A stretch of 64,000 nt of DNA from Paraspadella gotoi (Eukaryota > Animalia > Chaetognatha), in contig CM119263.1 of NCBI GenBank assembly GCA_051294375.1, forward strand, positions 15,912,532 to 15,976,531, given 5' to 3'. Below the pieces are notes generated by a model. That model was not told where the DNA came from, ran no database searches, and was given only the letters and a program-made list of their open reading frames with translations. Of the stretch, positions 12,701 through 24,879 are shown piece by piece. How positions within the stretch are numbered: position 1 is the stretch's first letter; every line of letters starts with the position of its first letter. Position numbers and translations under genes: made by a program.

Positions 12701-15224
12701 CAACAACAGGTTTCACGCCCACCTCCGCGAGATTGGCAGAGAGTGTCACCCAAAGCGGCTCATGAACTTCTACGCCTTGAGATGACCCCGATTCCATCAG
12801 CGACCAAACGGCGCTGACCAAAGCCTTTTGCGCGAGGGCAAAACCTTCGCAGAGGCGCCGAGCGACATCGGCTGCATTATCTTTCCGGGAAGTTCCGGTA
12901 ATATCGTCGTGGTGCTGGAAAAGGGCGAGATCCTGGTGGGCTCTTCGCAAATCTTGAAAATCGCGAAGCTTTCTCTCTCGGCTGGCAGGGGTTTGGTCGC
13001 GGGCGTCCGCCGAGAAAGTGAAGAACACGTCGGCAGCGCGGAGGAGAGACTCGAGGCGGCGGCCAAGGACTTTCCACGCCATCCGCGTTGTGAAGTAGCT
13101 GGACAAAAAAATGTAATTTCCAGTTGCGCCGCGAGTATTCGCTGAGGCCTGAACAACTCGTTTTGGTGGGTCGATCGGTCGATTAACATTATGCCACGGT
13201 ATTGAATTATGTCATAAGTTAAGAATCTTAAAATTATATTTTAAGTTAGAATTTCTGATGAGTCGGAATTTTATCATGGGTAAAAAATATCATCAGAGGT
13301 TAAAATTTTATTGTTAAAATTTTATCATGGGTAAAAAATATCATCAGAGGTTAAAATTTTATTGTGACGAAACTTATTTTAACTTATGTCACAAGTACAT
13401 TTAAATATATAAAATTTAAAGTTTGAAAATCTTTACCCACTCCAAAATGAGCCATCGCGGTCATTGTAAGTAAAGAAATCCCCGCCGAGAGTCTTCAGGG
13501 GTGAAACCATTTCCAATGCCTTGTCCGCCGTTTCAAAGTATTCCGAGAGCGTTGCGAACTTGGCCGTGACTCTCAACTCATCGGAGTGGGTGTTGAAGTA
13601 GTCGAAGAGTCTGTTCCAGTTCTCAAACTGACGGTCAAATTCCTCTGGGTGAACAAAGTAGAAATCGTCCCCTAATAACACCAGCACAATGTTGTGCTTG
13701 AACCATAGGGACTTTCTTCGCAATTGATCCAGCAGCTTGAGTGCCTGACCTCGCACATTGAGAGGTCCAATGGTCGGCGCCGATTTTTTGTTCTGAAAAT
13801 TGTATTGGGAGCAAATCCAATGCATAGGGCCACAAGATTTGGTAGAGTATCTATTCAAAGGGTTTAAGAAGACTCGAAGATCGTTCACACCATAAACGTC
13901 CCATGCCTGGCGCCAAACAAACTCGGTCTCGGCATTCTTGTCCATAAACTCCTTAATCTTGTAGTGGATCCGATTTATGACCGAGCTTTTCAGACCCGTC
14001 AGCGATCGGATTCGAGCCGCTATTGCCGAGTGACCAAATGGGTCAATGTTGAAGCTCGTCTTGGGCGTATACTCCAATTTTTGACGCAGAAAGAGATGAC
14101 CCTCAAGTAGCTGATCCAAAAGCGCGTAGCCGGTAGGATTGGCTTCGTCTGACATGACCCAACCTCCTCCAGTGATCTCAAAACGACCCTCCTTTAATAG
14201 AGCTTTCAGCAGGTCTCGCATGGTTGAGTTAGCCATATCCCACCACCATGAGAGATAAATTGACTCAGCCCATATGAAAGTCATTTTCTTGTGTTGATGA
14301 AGCTTCAGCACCGCGTTGGTAATGACGTGCCTTGACTTCTCAAAGAAGTAATCCGCAGCCGTCTTGAGCCAACCGGGGTCCGTATGGGAGAAAGGAATGA
14401 GAAAGATATGCAATGGGTCATCCCGCCACCGAGACAGGTTGTAATCCATGTAAAGTTTGGCCCAGTCTTTATCCCCACCACCTCTTTTAGGCATAGGAAG
14501 AGTTTTGTACAAATGTAGAGTGGAAATGTCGACGGAGGCTTCGTGTAGGTTGTTTGTGCATTTCATATTTCCGCCCTTAATAAATATCCACCAAGGAAAT
14601 GTTTAGCTTAATTAGACTGTGTATAGAGTACGTTGTTTTAACGAGCTCTCTTATCTCACTTTTTAGTTGCGTCGAGTGTACTCGCGGAGCAGTTCTAGAA
14701 GTCACTTGAAGTCTAGAAGTAAGTCGTGTGCTCACTCTGTCGGTCTGACCAATTTATATCTTAATACTTTATAAATATGTGATGTACTGTAAGATTATTT
14801 ATGCACATGTTTCATACTCTCAATTCAGAATATCGTAAGATAAAAAGAGTTTACAACAGCTTAAAAACTATGGTTGAACTTAGATAATACTTGAAATATA
14901 ATCGATGTATTATAGAATGATTGTTGCGTAACAAGCTTTAAAAGTCGAGGGCATTTGTAAATACAAACACCTAAAATCAATGCCGCGAAACACATTTAAA
15001 TTCCGTCCCTTTTTAACGCTTTGCTGTTACTGCAATACAAAAAATATCCAACGATTATCCAAAGAAGGTACCTGAGCTAAATCTAACCACCCGTCTTTGG
15101 CCAAAAGCTTTTTCCAGTTAGGCCACAACAGGCCTATAAAGAAAAGTATTATGCCTATCATCGAGTAGCGGTAATAAATTTTCATTCGACGGAAAATGTT
15201 TCGTCTGAAGAGTAAGGAATTCAT
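9711..15224 (-). CDS. MAN2A: Golgi alpha-mannosidase II-like glycoside hydrolase (GH38), type II membrane protein, ~1140-1156 aa
   Basis: Exons 15224-15072, 14575-13437, 13098-11953 (probably split by a 48-nt intron 12062-12015), 11712-11586, 10968-10564, 10469-10261, 10002-9711 join in frame at GT-AG sites. N-terminal TM segment (SMIGIILFFIGLLW). GH38 motifs PFSHTDPGW, GGWVMSDEA, IDPFGHS (nucleophile), LGDDF (acid/base), FWSGYFTTR (across a junction), FQHHDDITGT, SGAYVFLP, GNFYPMP, DRRLLGDDGRG, FPCDVDLISLR. Confidence 0.95.
11056..11252 (-). mobile_element. Solo LTR (197 bp) related to the TRIM at 58406-59182, within a mannosidase intron
   Basis: Termini TGTGG...CCACA. Perfect 4-bp TSD AATG at 11052-11055 and 11253-11256. 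B-box GGTTCAATCC (minus, 11173-11164). Colinear blocks (tgtgatNcccgggg, ctggcgt, tgtcactgg, ggattgaac) shared with the 58-59 kb LTRs. Confidence 0.8.
13209..13392. repeat. Degenerate AT-rich intronic repeat with a 51-bp-period duplication and imperfect terminal inverted repeats
   Basis: aattttatcatgggtaaaaaatatcatcagaggttaaaattttattgt at ~13267 and ~13318; ends atgtcataagttaa / ttaacttatgtcac are imperfectly complementary. Confidence 0.65.
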
Positions 15225-15403
15225 GAGGCGGAAGGAGTTGCTTCAGTAGCGGGAGCTGTTCCTCTTTCTCAAACGATAAAGTCAATTTATTTAGAATGAA
15301 GATTTAGCTAAGATTTCTACCTCAATTTTCTTTTTCTTCCTCCTAGGCTTCGGTGTAGATGAAGTTCCCGGCTGCACGAGCCGACATGATTCAATGCTGG
15401 GCG

Positions 15404-15404
<1 letters not shown>

Positions 15405-15496
<92 letters not shown>
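15405..15496. repeat. (GA)n microsatellite upstream of the mannosidase start codon
   Basis: Direct reading; one of dozens of AG/CT tracts in the window (others e.g. 42017-42125, 45199-45280). Confidence 0.9.
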
Positions 15497-15500
<4 letters not shown>

Positions 15501-15534
15501 AGTTTCCGATCTCCCGTCCGATCGAGGGTCTGCG

Positions 15535-15544
15535 ACCGGAAGTG
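15535..15544. promoter_or_regulatory. ETS-family consensus site ACCGGAAGTG in the likely mannosidase promoter region
   Basis: Exact ETS consensus ~310 bp upstream of the ATG at 15224 in a CpG-rich patch; function inferred only. Confidence 0.4.
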
Positions 15545-17796
15545 GCGTCGGTGACGTCTTTTCAGTATTCTACTCTCAACTCACGCGAGGAGAGGAGGCT
15601 TCGTCTAAAACAAGAAAGGGAATTCCTATCTCTGATTCTCTCTCCTTTTTCTGAAGTTGAGAAAGATTTTTTTTAAATATTTTTATTTGGTCGCTCAGGA
15701 AAAAATCAGAGATTGGGAAAATGGGGAAAAAAACATTTGCGAGACTAAGGACAAACTGACCGAAGGCGAAGGCATTTTGAATGGTAAACTAACGACACAG
15801 AAGAAAGAAGTGAGCATCACGCGGGTTTTAAAACCAAATTAAATCAGCCGATATCCCTCAGAACGAAAAAGGGCCTGGCGACTTTCGCCCTTTTTTCTTT
15901 CTTCTAATTTATAGCCTCAAGATCAGCGACTCGTCAATATTCTTAGCTCGACTCTCCCGATGAAGCGAAGTCGATTATGCAAAAATTAAGGTAAAACGAA
16001 AACTAGTTCATTTATTACGAGAGATTATTGAGTTCGGCGGACGAGGAAAGAAAAAAAAGACAAACTCTACTCACTACTCAGTACTCAGTCATCCGATGTT
16101 CTCTGTATTTTTTTTTAGAAAAGTATTAGACTATTAGTCCTTCCGTTTTCTTTTTTCATTCGACGCCTTTTTTTTTTTTTTTTTTTCTTTTTCAGTTTAT
16201 CCATTCGTTTTCCCTCAATAGATTCTCTTTTCTTTCCTTGGCCTTTTGTCCTCTCCACTCAGGCCCATTTTTTCCCCTTTTTTTATTTTTATTAGTTTAA
16301 ACATTTTTCTTTAGTCACGGTTCAGTGTCACTTTTCAGCGTTCACTCTGTTCTCATTCGTAACTTCGTTTATTCCTTATTTCTACATTCGTCAGGACTTC
16401 CGTATTTTCTCTGTTTTTTATCGCTTGATTGCTTGCTACCCTCATTTATTGTTTCCTTCTGCTAAATTTGTTTCCTTTCCTCCCTTTTCGGTCTCTCCTT
16501 TCCTTTTTCCTTTCACTCTGTTGCCTCTCCGCCTTCATTAATTTATTTTCTCATGTATACACTTCACGCCTTTTGTTTTTTTTATTTCATCCGTCAGAGG
16601 GCAAGAGACAACTGGCGGACGGCGACGGAAACTGACAAAAGGGAAATATAAATAATTCATTCGCGTCGGAGAAGCCGTGGCTCTTAAGTCAGTAAGTCAA
16701 GGTTGTGGGTTGTCGTTGCGTTAGAAAATGGTTGTCATAGTGATTATAGTCGTCAAAACCGGAGCAGTGTAGCGGTAGTATTTCATACTACAGCAGTATC
16801 TATCGCCATCAAAAATAGTTTTGCAGTCGTGTAGCGACTTTTCACTACTTTTATATCGGAAAAAAAAATTTTAATAAAAACATTTTTGTCCAGTGGCGCT
16901 ATAAAAAAATTTCCACAACATTAGATTGTGAAAATCCGATCGAACAGGGTTGTTGGGCAAAGAGTACATGTGGATGAAGTCCCATTCTTCTCTTAAATTT
17001 GATCTCCCAACGATATGTTGGCTCATCTTGTTGACTTGTTGTCTTGTTGGCAAAAGGGAAGTTGTTTTTTTGTTGTTGTTGTTGTTTTGTATTCAAAGTT
17101 TCGCTTTGTTGTTTTGAATCTAGGAGTTATGTTGTTTACGAAAAGAGAAGATTTTGAATTTTTGACTTTTATAAATTTTTTTATTTTCTTTTAGTCTTCG
17201 TCGTCGACGTGGAGTTAGTTAATCGATATTTTTTGTAGAGAAACTTTTTTTTCGTTACGAAAAATCACGAATTCTCAAACGAGATAATAATTTCTGACAC
17301 ATTTTCTTGGGTAAATCGTTGAATAATAGATAAGTTGGTCAATGTTCCAAGTTACATGTATTTAAATGCCTAATAGTTCTTATATACTAATTGTACCCCA
17401 AGAAGAAAAGTTTGTATACATACTTATTTCAAAAAACTTGTTATCACACGTCGATAAACAACGGGAACAACTTATTTTCGAGTAATAAAATATTTATAAT
17501 TTTATTTAATTTTAATATATGTACTTTAAAAAAACTTCTCATTCGCTAATGAGAATCGCTGACGTCAGAAAATCAAGAAATAATAAAAAATAATATGAGT
17601 GAGGGGAGAGTAAGGTTTCCTCGTGACGATGACAACCGCCGTTGTTCGGTTGACAGAGCCTCGCGCTGCAGAATCGTCTCAAAGCCGATCAACCATGAAA
17701 AGTCTCCAACTTAGAACTGAATGTTTTGGAGTTGAATATAAACAGAAAAAAAATGTAGATATAAATAAAAGAGAGTTTCGGTGGGTTTCTTTCTTT

Positions 17797-17827
<31 letters not shown>

Positions 17828-17830
17828 CGA

Positions 17831-17867
<37 letters not shown>

Positions 17868-18532
17868 AAGCGCAAAAGTGTCTCGATTTACACTGAAACC
17901 CAATTTTCCCGGTGACTTTTTATAGCTGAATATTTATCGAGGCGGCGTCACCTTCTCTTTCACCCACTCACGCCCTCACATCACAATCCGCGGTTCCCTT
18001 CATCCACCCTCTCCATCGCCCTCGCTCTTTGGCGCGTGAAAGAGACCAACCACGCGAGTCGCATCGCACGCCCACGCAGACCCACCGTGTGGAAGAAAGA
18101 GACACGTGCAAAATTTAAATCTCTCTCCCTCTTTCAATATCTACTCTCTTCCTTTTCCCTCTCTCTCTCTCTCTTCTCTCTCTCTCCTCTCTCTCTTCTT
18201 CTCTCTCTCTCTATTTCGCGTCTTATTCTTTCACGCCATCATTCAATCTCTCCCCATTGATTTTCGTTTTCTATTTTTCCCCAGCGGCCTTTTCTCCGCC
18301 CGCGCTGCTCTCTTATTTCTCGCCTTTTCCTCCCCGGAAACGACCGCAGCGCCAAAAATATCATTCGCTCGTCCGATGTGACGAATTGCGAGAGTAAAAA
18401 AGGTCGGGGGAGACTGGATTCCGAGCCTCTTGATGGCGAAAGGCTCTGGCGATGAAACGAAGATGATCCGTTCCACCCGAGACGGAAGCTTTGAAAATGA
18501 ATTGCAAAAATCCGATCGACGTTCGCTTCGAT

Positions 18533-18602
18533 TAACGTCACTCAAAAAAATACCTGACGTCAGTGAAAAATAAACGACGTCAGTGTGAAATAACTGACGT
18601 CC
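18533..18602. promoter_or_regulatory. Array of four CRE/ATF-like sites with 20-22-bp spacing
   Basis: TAACGTCA 18533, TGACGTCA 18555, CGACGTCA 18575, TGACGTCC 18595. Confidence 0.4.
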
Positions 18603-19924
18603 GGAAAGGAATAATTGATGTTTAACAACACTAGAAGTCTCCATTTTCAGATCATCGCTACTAACGAGCAACAACCTCCGAGTAAAAAAAAAACGGAGAA
18701 AAAAGGGACTCGCTTTCCTCGCCAAGTTTTTTTTTTTTCGTCTCTCTCTCTCTCTCTCTCGCCAACGCGAGTTTGGCGGCGGAACTCTCTTCACTTCAGT
18801 TCAGTTTATTATTTTCGAGACTTCGGAGAGAAAGTAACGACAGCTTCTCAACCTTTGGCATGATGTAGTTGTCTATGGTAATTTTCTTGGAACGTTGAAG
18901 AGTTGGGGGTGGAATCGAGAAGACCGAATAAAAAATCATCCCCCTCGTCTTTGCATTTCACCAAAACGATGATAGTTCATTTCGCAGAAAACTTTTTTTT
19001 CCTCGTTCGTGAATCAATTTAAAAAACGATCGACATTAATTTTTAAAGGAAAACGCGTCTGATTTTGACGCCAACGATGCTTCCAGATGACGATCACTTG
19101 GAGATTCTCAAAACTCATAAAAAAAAAATCGAAAATTGAATAAACGGTGAAAAAAAAAAAGAAACACGATAAAAATTTTCGGCTGACGCTTTCGATTAAT
19201 TTTTAATGGTTTTGTATCCCATTCGAAAAGCGAGTTTTTGGAGAATTTGATTTCATTTAAAAGAGGAAAATTGAATTTACCAATTGAGTTGGAAGAAAGA
19301 ATTGCATGTCGGATTGTCGGACCTGCGACGGATGCACCTTATTTTTATGTAATTTTTTCATTTCACTTTTCTTTTTTCAATTTTATCTTTATTTTTAGTT
19401 TCCCATTCTCTTTGTCCTGTTTTTTTTTCCATGCTATTTTTAATTCTGTTTTTATTTCCCTTTCCTGTTTTCTTTGGTTGTTTTTTTTCCTTTTTTTTCC
19501 ATAGCCATCTTTCCTTTTCCCCTTCTGTTTCCTTTTGCCTCTAGCCTCCCTTTCCTTCTTCCATTGACCCGTTTTCCTTTTCCTCTTTCCTGTTTTTCTT
19601 TCCCCTTTTCCCTGTCTCTGAGTTTCCTCGACCTCCTCTCTCGATCTTCAAACCCATTAATGCGATTCTTCTTTCGCGAACGTGAAAGGTTGAACCGGAA
19701 AGGAAAGCCGAGTCCCCGACACAGTCTGCCGCTCGCTCCCTCGCGAATACACCGGCCGCTCGCCCCAGTGCCCTTCACCCATCGTACGCTCTAGTGCCCT
19801 TCAGTCCCTTCACCCATTGCTATAGCTCCAGTACCCTTTACCAATAGCTCTCCCTAACGCTTTTATCCGTCTCTGGCCACGTGGCCCTTGTCTTATCACT
19901 CACCCCGGTTCTCACTTTTTTTCT

Positions 19925-19972
<48 letters not shown>

Positions 19973-20625
19973 GGCCCCATCTCTGCTCTCGTTTTCGCGG
20001 TTGAACGGAGAAGAACGCTCGGAATCCATAACCCTGACCGCTTGGTTTCGCTCGCCCTCGCCCCTTGCCCCTCTCTTCCTCCGCGCCCCCGATGGCCATT
20101 TCTCCCTCCAACGCCACCCATTCCCTTTCCAAGGTCGCTTTCCTTTCCCACGCCGTCTCCGCGCGGCGAATGAAGTGAAAAAATAACACGACTGTTTTCT
20201 TTGCTTTAGCATTCTCCGCGCAGAGAATTCAGAGTAGGGCCAAGAGGAATTCATTTTAGTTTATAACGGTTAAATAGCGGAAATGCAGCACTATTAAAAT
20301 CAAGGAGAATCGAAATTCGAATAGTAGATCATGAACAGGCTTGTACCTGTGAACGTTTTTAATTAAAAAAAAAAATTATTTGTCAATTTTTGCATTGCCC
20401 ATATTTATACATAGTACTAACCGTAGAAAATATCCAAAATTTTATAAATTTGAATATTCCTAAATAAAAGTTGATAAAAGGAAATAAAACTCTTTTTAAA
20501 AAAATATTTCATTAAGTAGGACAAAATCCTAAAAAACTAATATAATTAACCAATAATTAAATTTTGGTATAAAACGTAGGAAAAAGTTTAAATTGTGATT
20601 CGGCAACGAATTTATTTAATAATAA

Positions 20626-20675
20626 TAAACGGACATGTTTCGGTTCGGTTTACGAACCTTCTTCAGCGCAGTTAA
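20626..20675 (-). ncRNA. Minimal type I hammerhead ribozyme (PLE type), minus-strand copy
   Basis: Minus strand reads gcg CTGAAGA a GGTTC gtaaacc GAACC GAAA catg TC cgt. Confidence 0.75.
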
Positions 20676-20970
20676 GGACAGTTGTGAATTATTTTTATTA
20701 TTTGGTGCATAAAGAAGGGAGAGAGGGAGAGAGAGAGGAAAGAGGAGAGAGGGCAAAGTTTTCCAACACATAGTTGAAAAGGACAGTGGTTGAATGTGTG
20801 AGGACAGGTTAAGTTAGAGACAGAGATATTGAATTTTTTCGGAGGTGAAATGAAATGGTGAAAAGGAGAGAGAGAGAGCAGAAGAAGAGAGGAGGAGAGA
20901 GAGAGAGAGAGAGAGAGAGAAAGAAACAATACATTATACACCAAATAATAAAAATAATTCACAACTGTCC

Positions 20971-21020
20971 TTAACTGCGCTGAAGAAGGTTCATAAACCG
21001 AACCGAAACATGTCCGTTTA
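20971..21020 (+). ncRNA. Minimal type I hammerhead ribozyme (PLE type), plus-strand copy
   Basis: CTGAAGA 20980-20986, extra A, stem II GGTTC/GAACC, GAAA 21005-21008, palindromic CATG loop III, UC with predicted cleavage after 21014, short stem I gcg/cgt. Confidence 0.78.
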
Positions 21021-21533
21021 TTATTATTAAATAAATTCGTTGCCGAATCACAATTTAAACTTTTTCCTATGTCCCAAACGCAACGAAAAGAAAGGAAATT
21101 ATAACAAAGTATAAAACGTATAGTTTTTTTAATTTTTAGCTAACTTAATGAAAGAATTTTTGATTAAGACTTATATTTTCTTTTTATGAGAAATTCGAAT
21201 CTGCTTTCAAAACTAAGAAAAAACTATTTTAAATTTTTGACATTTTCTATGGTGAGTATTATGTATAAAAATGGGCTAATGCGAAAATTGAGAAATTAAA
21301 AAACAATTTGTTAATATATCAATGTTCTCTAGTACAAGTCTGTTCAGTGTTCATGATCAACTATTCGAAATTTTATCCGCAACTTTCACTACGCCTTAAT
21401 GACATTAATGACTTAATGACATTAAGTTAATGTACATTGTTGAAAAATACTTGCAATAATGGTTTATTTGTATATATGTATATACTGGAAAAGATAATCA
21501 AGAGGATTACTTGTACTCATTGCCTTTTGCAGT

Positions 21534-21576
<43 letters not shown>

Positions 21577-22417
21577 AAGAAAGAAAGAGCAAAATAAGAG
21601 ACGGACATACTGTCGGACAACTCCAATGGAATCTCGTTCAATTCTCAGCCGCGAATTGATTTTTTTTTCCCACAAAAACTCGAAGTTTTATTAGATTTTT
21701 CCACCGAAGCTTAATTGTTTCTGGATACATAAAATCTTTGGCGGAGGAAAGGGTTCGCTCCATTTCCTCCTTTCATACTTCTCCTCCGGCTCCTCTTCCA
21801 ATCGCTTCAACCACATCGCTTTTCCCCTTCATCCTCGCTCTTACAACATCGCTTCACTCATTGCGTTGAAACGCTGCGAGCATCGCTTCGCTCGCGATTC
21901 TGTCCCGTCCCCTTTTTGCCTTTTACGATCTCGTGCGAAAGAATCTGAGTTGTCAGTCGCCCTACTTTTCTTTCTCTTACGAGCAACACCCTTTTTTTAA
22001 TGCTATACCAAATTTCGTGTTGTTTGAAAATTTTTTAACGACGAACGATTAAGTCATTAACATTTGAAATGTATTGCGTTTTCTTTATTTTGTCAAGTAA
22101 AACGAGAGATTTAAATCAGGCGACTGAAAGAACTCATTATATGTCTGGCTTAACGTGTCCAAAGATATCAACTTCGTCAGCGCTTCGATTCTTTCTCTTT
22201 CAGAGAAAGCTCTATGCAGTTGCTCATTCTTATATATTTCTCTTTTTTCCTCTTTTTTTTATTCTTTCTCTCTGCATTCGATTCTATTCCTTTTTAGGCG
22301 GAATGTGAGGGACGCTTGCTCTCTCTCTCTCTCGGGTCATCGCGTCAAATGCTGTGGTCGCGAGAAGTCTCTTCTCTTCGGAGCCATCATGTATCAGCTC
22401 GGGTTCTGTCTCTCTCT

Positions 22418-22465
<48 letters not shown>

Positions 22466-22591
22466 TTTTCTGTTGATAAAGATCTGCTTCCCTCATCCTC
22501 TTAAAAGATCACGAGAGGAACGGGAGATAATTCTTCTCCTTTCCCTTTGCAGTGAGGATGCGAGTCGAACGCCGGGGACGCTATCGCCGCT

Positions 22592-22626
<35 letters not shown>

Positions 22627-24879
22627 ATAATCCACCACCGGTCGGATACTTTGTTGAGTTAATTTTTGGTTAAAAATACAATTATGACACAATAGATTTG
22701 TCGTTTGTTGGCAATCTATAGTTACTAGTTATTGCTTAATGATTAATTTATTATCTAGCATTGACACATACAATTGTGATCGCCATTATCGGTGATGGCG
22801 GCTATGTCGGTGGCGGCGGCTGTGTGGCGTCACGGCGGTGGCGTGGCGGCGACGGCGGCAGCAGCGCCACCGGTCGGAGAATGCCGAGGGCGTGTCGAGG
22901 TCGAAAACGAGGTCACGACTCACGAGGAGGTTGGGCTGTAGTTGGAAGAGAAGAGTGATTGTGAGGAGAAAATCATTCGGGGTCTCGGTTCAGCTTCGAT
23001 TCAGCTAACGCGTGAGTCTTTGTTGAACTGAACAAAGAAAAGTGAATGTTCACGGCGAAGGTCCGTGATCCACTAGCGAATATATGGCGATCGGTCTTTG
23101 TTCGAAAAAAAAAAAGGCTTGTCCTTTCCGGTTTAGGGGTTTGGTTAAGTGACGCTGGCCGGTAATCGATGACATGATGAAATGCCATATGATTAATCGC
23201 GGATAAATTTGATTCTCATCTCTCTTCTTGTCAAGTTTTAATTTAATACTTAAACTAGAGAAGATTCACGATCAAAAAAAAAAAAAGAGGCGCTAAGAGG
23301 GTCTCGTCTCCAAGTGGCAGGGGTCGGTCCCACCCTTTTCGCTCTGAAGATATTTTAGGGGGTGAAGAAGTCGCCGAGTTAAAACTGCGCGCGTGACATT
23401 GACGAGAGAAGAAGGAAGTGAATTAGTATGTTGAATGCGATGCTTCCGTTTTGAAGGTGTGAGTCAATTAATTCGTTTAAGTAACGATAAAATAGATAAA
23501 AGAAAAAAATGTTGGGGTAATTCAATGAGTACCGACCTTCGCNNNNNNNNNNNNNNNNNNNNNNNNNNNNNNNNNNNNNNNNNNNNNNNNNNNNNNNNNN
23601 NNNNNNNNNNNNNNNNNNNNNNNNNNNNNNNNNNNNNNNNNNNNNNNNNNNNNNNNNNNNNNNNNNNNNNNNNNNNNNNNNNNNNNNNNNNNNNNNNNNN
23701 NNNNNNNNNNNNNNNNNNNNNNNNNNNNNNNNNNNNNNNNNNNNNNNNNNNNNNNNNNNNNNNNNNNNNNNNNNNNNNNNNNNNNNNNNNNNNNNNNNNN
23801 NNNNNNNNNNNNNNNNNNNNNNNNNNNNNNNNNNNNNNNNNNNNNNNNNNNNNNNNNNNNNNNNNNNNNNNNNNTCTATTTGTTAATTTATGGATAAATA
23901 AAAACGTATACATAACCGTTTAAGTTTATTTTCATCGAATATAGGAAAACTGTTAGTGAAATCAATAATTAAGAATGGCCTAACAATTATCATATTACAA
24001 CAAAGGGTGGCCGGCGGCTCGAGTCAAAATGNNNNNNNNNNNNNNNNNNNNNNNNNNNNNNNNNNNNNNNNNNNNNNNNNNNNNNNNNNNNNNNNNNNNN
24101 NNNNNNNNNNNNNNNNNNNNNNNNNNNNNNNNNNNNNNNNNNNNNNNNNNNNNNNNNNNNNNNNNNNNNNNNNNNNNNNNNNNNNNNNNNNNNNNNNNNN
24201 NNNNNNNNNNNNNNNNNNNNNNNNNNNNNNNNNNNNNNNNNNNNNNNNNNNNNNNNNNNNNNNNNNNNNNNNNNNNNNNNNNNNNNNNNNNNNNNNNNNN
24301 NNNNNNNNNNNNNNNNNNNNNNNNNNNNNNNNNNNNNNNNNNNNNNNNNNNNNNNNNNNNNNNNNNNNNNNNNNNNNNNNNNNNNNNNNNNNNNNNNNNN
24401 NNNNNNNNNNNNNNNNNNNNNNNNNNNNNNNNNNNNNNNNNNNNNNNNNNNNNNNNNNNNNNNNNNNNNNNNNNNNNNNNNNNNNNNNNNNNNNNNNNNN
24501 NNNNNNNNNNNNNNNNNNNNNNNNNNNNNNNNNNNNNNNNNNNNNNNNNNNNNNNNNNNNNNNNNNNNNNNNNNNNNNNNNNNNNNNNNNNNNNNNNNNN
24601 NNNNNNNNNNNNNNNNNNNNNNNNNNNNNNNNNNNNNNNNNNNNNNNNNNNNNNNNNNNNNNNNNNNNNNNNNNNNNNNNNNNNNNNNNNNNNNNNNNNN
24701 NNNNNNNNNNNNNNNNNNNNNNNNNNNNNNNNNNNNNNNNNNNNNNNNNNNNNNNNNNNNNNNNNNNNNNNNNNNNNNNNNNNNNNNNNNNNNNNNNNNN
24801 NNNNNNNNNNNNNNNNNNNNNNNNNNNNNNNNNNNNNNNNNNNNNNNNNNNNNNNNNNNNNNNNNNNNNNNNNNNNNNN

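Larger units (their letters stand above)
20579..21108 (+). mobile_element. Non-coding Penelope-like element remnant with inverted pLTR arms
   Basis: 12-bp TSD GTATAAAACGTA at 20567-20578 and 21109-21120. 136-bp inverted arms 20577-20712 and 20934-21069 with 2 mismatches. Unpaired 39-bp 3' extension 21070-21108. Each arm holds a hammerhead motif followed by AATAAA. Confidence 0.8.
20313..21372. mobile_element. Old foldback/MITE-like element with long diverged inverted arms, interrupted centrally by the Penelope-like insertion
   Basis: Left arm ttcgaatagtagatcatgaaca..cttgtac..gcattgcccatatttatacatagtactaaccgtagaaaat matches the reverse complement of ~21230-21370; ends approximate. Confidence 0.7.

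Noticed and set aside
13213-13378. Type III hammerhead-like arrangement (ATAAGT..CTGATGA GTC..GAC GAAA CTTAT)
   Set aside because: Stem I is very weak, loop II would be ~100 nt, and CTGATGA looks like a variant unit of the local AT-rich repeat. Probably chance, though not excluded.
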